From contig OZ024745.1 of the NCBI GenBank assembly GCA_964016885.1, positions 19,096,001 through 19,160,000 on the forward strand: a stretch of DNA of 64,000 bases, in the 5' to 3' direction. The translations under genes were made by a program, and so were the position numbers. Shown here one piece after another: positions 58,481-64,000 of this stretch. Source of the stretch: Eledone cirrhosa (taxonomy: Eukaryota). Positions within the stretch are counted from its first letter, which is position 1, and every line of letters begins with the position of its first letter. The notes under the pieces were generated by a model that was given only the letters and a program-made list of their open reading frames with translations, ran no database searches and had not been told where the DNA came from.

Positions 58481-58610
58481 GGGAGTTAAACCGTTGATAG
58501 ACTAGCATCCTATCCAGAGAAAGTCTTGTACTTTCTGTTGCTTAACACCAAGGAAACTGGAGATAAGCACCAGCCTGATGAGCCTTTGGCCCAGAACAGA
58601 CTTGAACTTA
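58481..58610 (+). mobile_element. SINE remnant with a MetaSINE-like conserved domain
   Basis: GACTAGCATCCTATCCAG...GAAACTGGAGATAAGCACCAGCCTGATGAGCC resembles the recalled Meta-domain consensus; not aligned. Confidence 0.5.
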
Positions 58611-58664
58611 ATAAAACAACCGTTTATTAATACATATATGTTTTCAATAAAATACTACTTCCAG

Positions 58665-58874
58665 GTATGATCATCATCAATATCTTAGATATCAACAAAA
58701 TACCACCAAGATTTATAAAACCATGGACCACATCTAACCCTTTTTATAATGTCGACCTGAATGAGGAACAGTCAGTTGGAAGTTCAGTGATAGCACTGAA
58801 TGCTGTAGATGATGATGGTTCAATTGAGGGCTATCAACTGGGACAGACCAAGGGATATTTTGTCATCAACAAAG
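58665..58874 (+). CDS. Cadherin exon G (GMIIINILDINKIPPRFIKPW...YFVINK)
   Basis: ttccAG at 58663-58664; DIN-PP-F, EEQ and AVDDD motifs. The only phase-compatible donor nearby is a weak AAG|GTTCAC at 58875, so the 3' boundary is less certain. Confidence 0.82.
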
Positions 58875-58977
58875 GTTCACCAGATTTTTTTTATACCTTT
58901 AACTTTTTTAGGAATGATTTTTTTTTATATATTATTTTAGTCAATGTTTTATTTTGTTATGAATATTTAGATGTTTT

Positions 58978-61302
58978 ATATATAATGACATTTATATGAC
59001 TCCCTCACACCTGGTTTCATTACCCAAGTAACACCTTATATAATGACATTTATATGACTCCCTCACACCTGGTTTCATTACCCAAGTAACACCTTATATA
59101 ATGACATTTATATGACTCCCTCACACCTGGTTTGATTACCCAAGAAACACCTTATATAATGACATTTATATGACTCCCTCACACCTGGTTTCATTACCCA
59201 AGTAACACCTTATATAATGACATTTATATGACTCCCTCACACCTGGTTTCATTACGCAAGAAACACCTTATATAATGACATTTATATGACTCCCTCACAC
59301 CTGGTTTCATTACCCAAGAAACACCTTATATAATGACATTTATATGACTCCCTCACACCTGGTTTGATTACCCAAGAAACACCTTATATAATAACATTTA
59401 TATGACTCCCTCACACCTGGTTTCATTACCCAAGAAACACCTTATATAATGACATTTATATGACTCCCTCACACCTGGTTTCATTACCCAAGAAACACCT
59501 TATATAATGACATTTATATGACTCCCTCACACCTGGTTTCATTACCCAAGAAACACCTTATATAATGACATTTATATGACTCCCTCACACCTGGTTTCAT
59601 TACCCAAGTAACACCTTATATAATGACATTTATATGACTCCCTCACACCTGGTTTCATTACCCAAGAAACACCTTATATAATGACATTTATATGACTCCC
59701 TCACACCTGGTTTCATTACCCAAGTAACACCTTATATAATGACATTTATATGACTCCCTCACACCTGGTTTCATTACCCAAGTAACACCTTATATAATGA
59801 CATTTATATGACTCCCTCACACCTGGTTTCATTACGCAAGTAACACCTTATATAATGACATTTATATGACTCCCTCACACCTGGTTTCATTACCCAAGAA
59901 ACACCTTATATAATGACATTTATATGACTCCCTCACACCTGGTTTCATTACCCAAGTAACACCTTATATAATGACATTTATATGACTCCCTCACACCTGG
60001 TTTCATTACGCAAGAAACACCTTATATAATAACATTTATATGACTCCCTCACACCTGGTTTCATTACCCAAGAAACACCTTATATAATAACATTTATATG
60101 ACTCCCTCACACCTGGTTTCATTACCCAAGAAATACCTTATATAATGACATTTATATGACTCCCTCACACCTGGTTTCATTACCCAAGTAACACCTTATA
60201 TAATGACATTTATATGACTCCCTCACACCTGGTTTCATTACGCAAGAAACACCTTATATAATGACATTTATATGACTCCCTCACACCTGGTTTGATTACC
60301 CAAGAAACACCTTATATAATGACATTTATATGACTCCCTCACACCTGGTTTCATTACGCAAGAAACACCTTATATAATGACATTTATATGACTCCCTCAC
60401 ACCTGGTTTGATTACCCAAGAAACACCTTATATAATGACATTTATATGACTCCCTCACACCTGGTTTGATTACCCAAGAAACACCTTATATAATGACATT
60501 TATATGACTCCCTCACACCTGGTTTGATTACCCAAGAAACACCTTATATAATGACATTTATATGACTCCCTCACACCTGGTTTCATTACCCAAGTAACAC
60601 CTTATATAATGACATTTATATGACTCCCTCACACCTGGTTTGATTACCCAAGAAACACCTTATATAATGACATTTATATGACTCCCTCACACCTGGTTTG
60701 ATTACCCAAGAAACACCTTATATAATGACATTTATATGACTCCCTCACACCTGGTTTGATTACCCAAGAAACACCTTATATAATAACATTTATATGACTC
60801 CCTCACACCTGGTTTCATTACCCAAGTAACACCTTATATAATGACATTTATATGACTCCCTCACACCTGGTTTCATTACCCAAGAAACACCTTATATAAT
60901 GACATTTATATGACTCCCTCACACCTGGTTTCATTACCCAAGTAACACCTTATATAATGACATTTATATGACTCCCTCACACCTGGTTTCATTACCCAAG
61001 TAACACCTTATATAATGACATTTATATGACTCCCTCACACCTGGTTTAATTACCCAAGAAACATCTTATATAATGACATTTATATGACTCCCTCACACCT
61101 GGTTTCATTACGCAAGAAATACCTTATATAATGACATTTATATGACTCCCTCACACCTGGTTTCATTACGCAAGAAACACCTTATATAATAACATTTATA
61201 TGACTCCCTCACACCTGGTTTCATTACCCAAGAAATACCTTATATAATGACATTTATATGACTCCCTCACACCTGGTTTCATTACCCAAGAAACACCTTA
61301 TA
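58978..61302. repeat. 58-bp minisatellite, ~40 copies
   Basis: Unit TATATAATGACATTTATATGACTCCCTCACACCTGGTTTCATTACCCAAG(T/A)AACACCT; few variant positions. Confidence 0.96.
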
Positions 61303-61510
61303 ATAATGTTTTCTGATTTAGGAACAAAGTTAGCAATTTTGAGGTAAGGGAAGGTTGATTAAATTGACTCCAGTGTATTACTGGTACTTTATTTTATCGA
61401 CCTCATAAGGATGATAGGCAAAGCTCACCTCAGCGGAATGTAAAGGGTCAAGATCTATGCCATGAAGCAAAGTGTCCAACGCTCTACCAGTACTCCCAAT
61501 CCACCACTCT
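61303..61510 (-). mobile_element. Degraded octopus-type SINE
   Basis: CTGGTACTTTATTTTATCGACCTCATAAGGATGATAGGCAAAG is the reverse complement of the core at ~54110-54153. Confidence 0.72.
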
Positions 61511-61664
61511 GACACACCTTATATAATGACAATGTCTATATGATTCCATTAATTTCCTCTTGGATGCTGGAAGATTATGATGTCATCCAATATAGGGAGC
61601 TACCACTTCAGGACTGGAAGTTTGGGATCTCATAACGTCGATTGAGCCCCATTGTTTTCTGCTA

Positions 61665-62140
61665 CTACAGGAAGACGGTGACAATAAGACAACAATTGCT
61701 ATAGGAAGACAGTTGTTATAGGGAAACAGTTACTATAGGGAGACAGCTACAGTAGGAAGACAGCTGGTATAGGAAGACAGCTGCTATAGGAAGACAGTTG
61801 CTATAAGAAGACAGTTTCTATAAGGAGACAGCTACAGTAGGAAGACAGCTGCTATAGGAAGACGGCTTCAATAGGGAGACAGTTGCTATAGGGAGATGGT
61901 TGTTATAGGAAGATGGCTACAATAGGAAGATGGCTGCTATAAGGAGATAGTTGCTATAGGAAGACGGTTACAATAGGAAGACGGCTATAATAGGAAGACG
62001 GCTGCTATAGGGAGACGGCTGCTATAGGGAGACGGCAGCTATAGGGAGACAGTTGCTATAGGAAGACAGTTGCTATAGGAAGATGGCTGCACAATAAGAT
62101 GGCTGCAATAGGAAGACAGTTTCAATAGGAAGATAACTGC
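61665..62140. repeat. Degenerate 17-bp minisatellite (ATAGGAAGACAGTTGCT)
   Basis: Read directly. Confidence 0.9.
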
Positions 62141-62300
62141 ATTCAAACATATAATGAGATCTCTCTGATGTTGAATGACTGTGAGTGAGAATCCAAAAGT
62201 ATGACAATAATTGACAAGTTTAATTATAATCTCTATTTTATAGATAATTATAGTTGTAATCAACATCTATATAATTTGTTCTTCCCTATATTTCTGTCAG

Positions 62301-62458
62301 GTCTGGTAACTGTGAATAAACGAATCGATTTTGAAGCTATTGAAAAGCTCTCATTCTTAGCCTATGCCTGGGATAATGTTCCACCAAAAATGACTGCTAC
62401 TGCCACTGTTTTTGTCACTGTTAAGAACATTAACGATAACAATCCTTTATTCCAGGCT
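62301..62458 (+). CDS. Cadherin exon H (GLVTVNKRIDFE...NINDNNPLFQA)
   Basis: gtcAG at 62299-62300; GTAAGT at 62459; IDFE, AWDN and NDNxP motifs; phase 1 to 0. Confidence 0.93.
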
Positions 62459-62944
62459 GTAAGTTATCTTTTTATTCTGTTAGAAATTCTCATATTTCAA
62501 TATATCATTTGTCATTTATTTTTTCATATATGTTTCTACAAATTTTTCATATATCACCACCATCCTTATCATTGTATTTCAACTTCCCATGTTTGACTTG
62601 GGAAGCCCTTGCAGTCTGCGTAAGTCCTTTTTTAGAGTTACTACCTTCCTAAATTGATCAGAGGACCATGACTTTCTCATACATTCCATTTTGGCATGTT
62701 TTCTATAATTGGATGCCTCTAACAACAACTGCTTTACAGAGTGTACTTGTTGCATTTTATTGTAGTACAAGCACAAAAGAAGTTATGTCCATAGCAATAC
62801 TAAAGGGATTATTTCAACCCTACATTGACACTCTTCTTTTGCAGAATGCCCTCGGTGCATTTTATCATAACACATTAGTTTCAATGTCATTTTCATGTGT
62901 AATTTCATAAATTTTTCTATAAATATTTCCATATATATATTTAA

Positions 62945-63072
62945 TATATGTTACTGTATATGTTTCCGTATATTTCCAATATAAGTTTTATATATGTTAC
63001 TGTATATGTTTCCATATATTTCCAATATAAGTTTTATATATGTTACTGTATATGTTTCCGTATATTTCCAAT
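62945..63072. repeat. 46-bp tandem repeat, ~2.8 copies
   Basis: TATATGTTACTGTATATGTTTCCGTATATTTCCAATATAAGTTTTA repeated. Confidence 0.85.
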
Positions 63073-63129
63073 GATAAGCTGGTTACATTGTATATAAACT
63101 AAACGCTCTATGTATAGTAAATACTGTAT

Positions 63130-64000
63130 ATATCATCCTCATCACCACACATCCATTTTCCATGCTAGGATGGGTTAGACAGGTTGTCCTATTATGAAAC
63201 AAGTCAGATCAGATGACAATGTCTTGCTCATGCACAACTGTTTCTGGCTTAGTTTCTATGGCTGATGCCCTTCTTAACAATGTGAACTGGGTGATTTTTA
63301 TCATGGCGCCAAAATGACCACTTCAGTGTGTGTGGGACACTTTCTGTCAGGTCACTAACATGACCACTTTACACTGTGGACTGAACACTTTTTGTCATGT
63401 CACCAAAACAACCCTTTTGCGGTGTGGATTGGGTGCTTTTTATCATGACACGAATACAACCACTTTACAGTCTGGAATGCTTGCTTTTTATCATGTCATC
63501 AACATGACCACTTTACAATGTGGATTGGGTGCTTTTTGTTGTGGTACCAAAATTACCACCTTATAGTGTAGACTGGCCACTTTTTGTCATGTCACTAACA
63601 TGATCACTTTACAGGTTGTTCTGGATGCTTTTGTTGTGTCACCATCATGACCATTTTACAGCGTGGACGAAGTTTATTATCATGCAATGTCATGTAGCTA
63701 ACACAACCACACTACAGGATAGACTGATTACTTTTTGGAACACCCACCTCTACTGCTAATTTGATCACACAGATGCCAGAAACTATCAGCTGTTTCTATA
63801 GAGCCCTCTGGGCATTTAAAGGAGATAGTATTCTGTGAGCTAATGCTACTTACTGCACCTGTGCATCAGCCACATATAAAACCTACATTCCTAACTAAAC
63901 TTCCTGAGATTCCACTACATCTCTTATGTAACCATAGTTTGCATTTGGGACATAGGATGAAATTTCTACCTATTCCTTTTCTACACACTGAACAAGGCCA
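63130..64000 (-). mobile_element. Degraded RTE LINE 3' end with an expanded ~48-bp 3' UTR repeat, continuing off the window
   Basis: CAT tail and TCCATTTTCCATGCTAG terminus; minus-strand WPCSVCRKGIGRNFILCPKCKLW near 64000. Confidence 0.85.

Noticed and set aside
58553-58592. GAAA...CTGATGAG as a hammerhead
   Set aside because: No helix I or UH site can be built between the motifs; the sequence fits a SINE conserved domain better.
58978-61302. CRISPR-like appearance of the 58-bp array (and of the 57-bp array at 50755-53998)
   Set aside because: No unique spacers, no cas genes, eukaryotic intron context; these are plain tandem repeats.

Overview
Eukaryotic, AT-rich, repeat-saturated genomic DNA. 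The SINE, RTE and (TA)n content looks like an octopus or other coleoid cephalopod; this is an inference from repeat motifs. The window lies inside one + strand cadherin-superfamily gene (cadherin-23/Cad87A/CDHR-like, both ends outside the window). I read eight GT-AG exons by hand (843-912, 22504-22576, 24853-25034, 46783-46909, 49863-50005, 54460-54589, 58665-58874, 62301-62458). They splice in matching phases into about 364 aa of tandem cadherin repeats. The introns contain: a 21-kb 12/24-bp satellite; the 5' end of an R4/Dong-like element sitting in a (TAA)n tract; six RTE LINE copies; two CR1-group LINE fragments; a CRE-like remnant; a 5'-truncated Penelope-like element; a young 2.1-kb non-coding LTR element with identical LTRs, a tRNA-Trp PBS and a 4-bp TSD; SINEs; a MITE-derived 466-bp tandem; and several minisatellites. 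The most interesting signal is a set of mutually unrelated fold-back (inverted-repeat) inserts in (TA)n tracts. Three carry a complete minimal type-I hammerhead ribozyme with a palindromic helix III, one of them with a ~113-nt helix II, in the sense orientation of the cadherin pre-mRNA and next to their own antisense copy. Almost all long ORFs in the supplied track are repeat artefacts.
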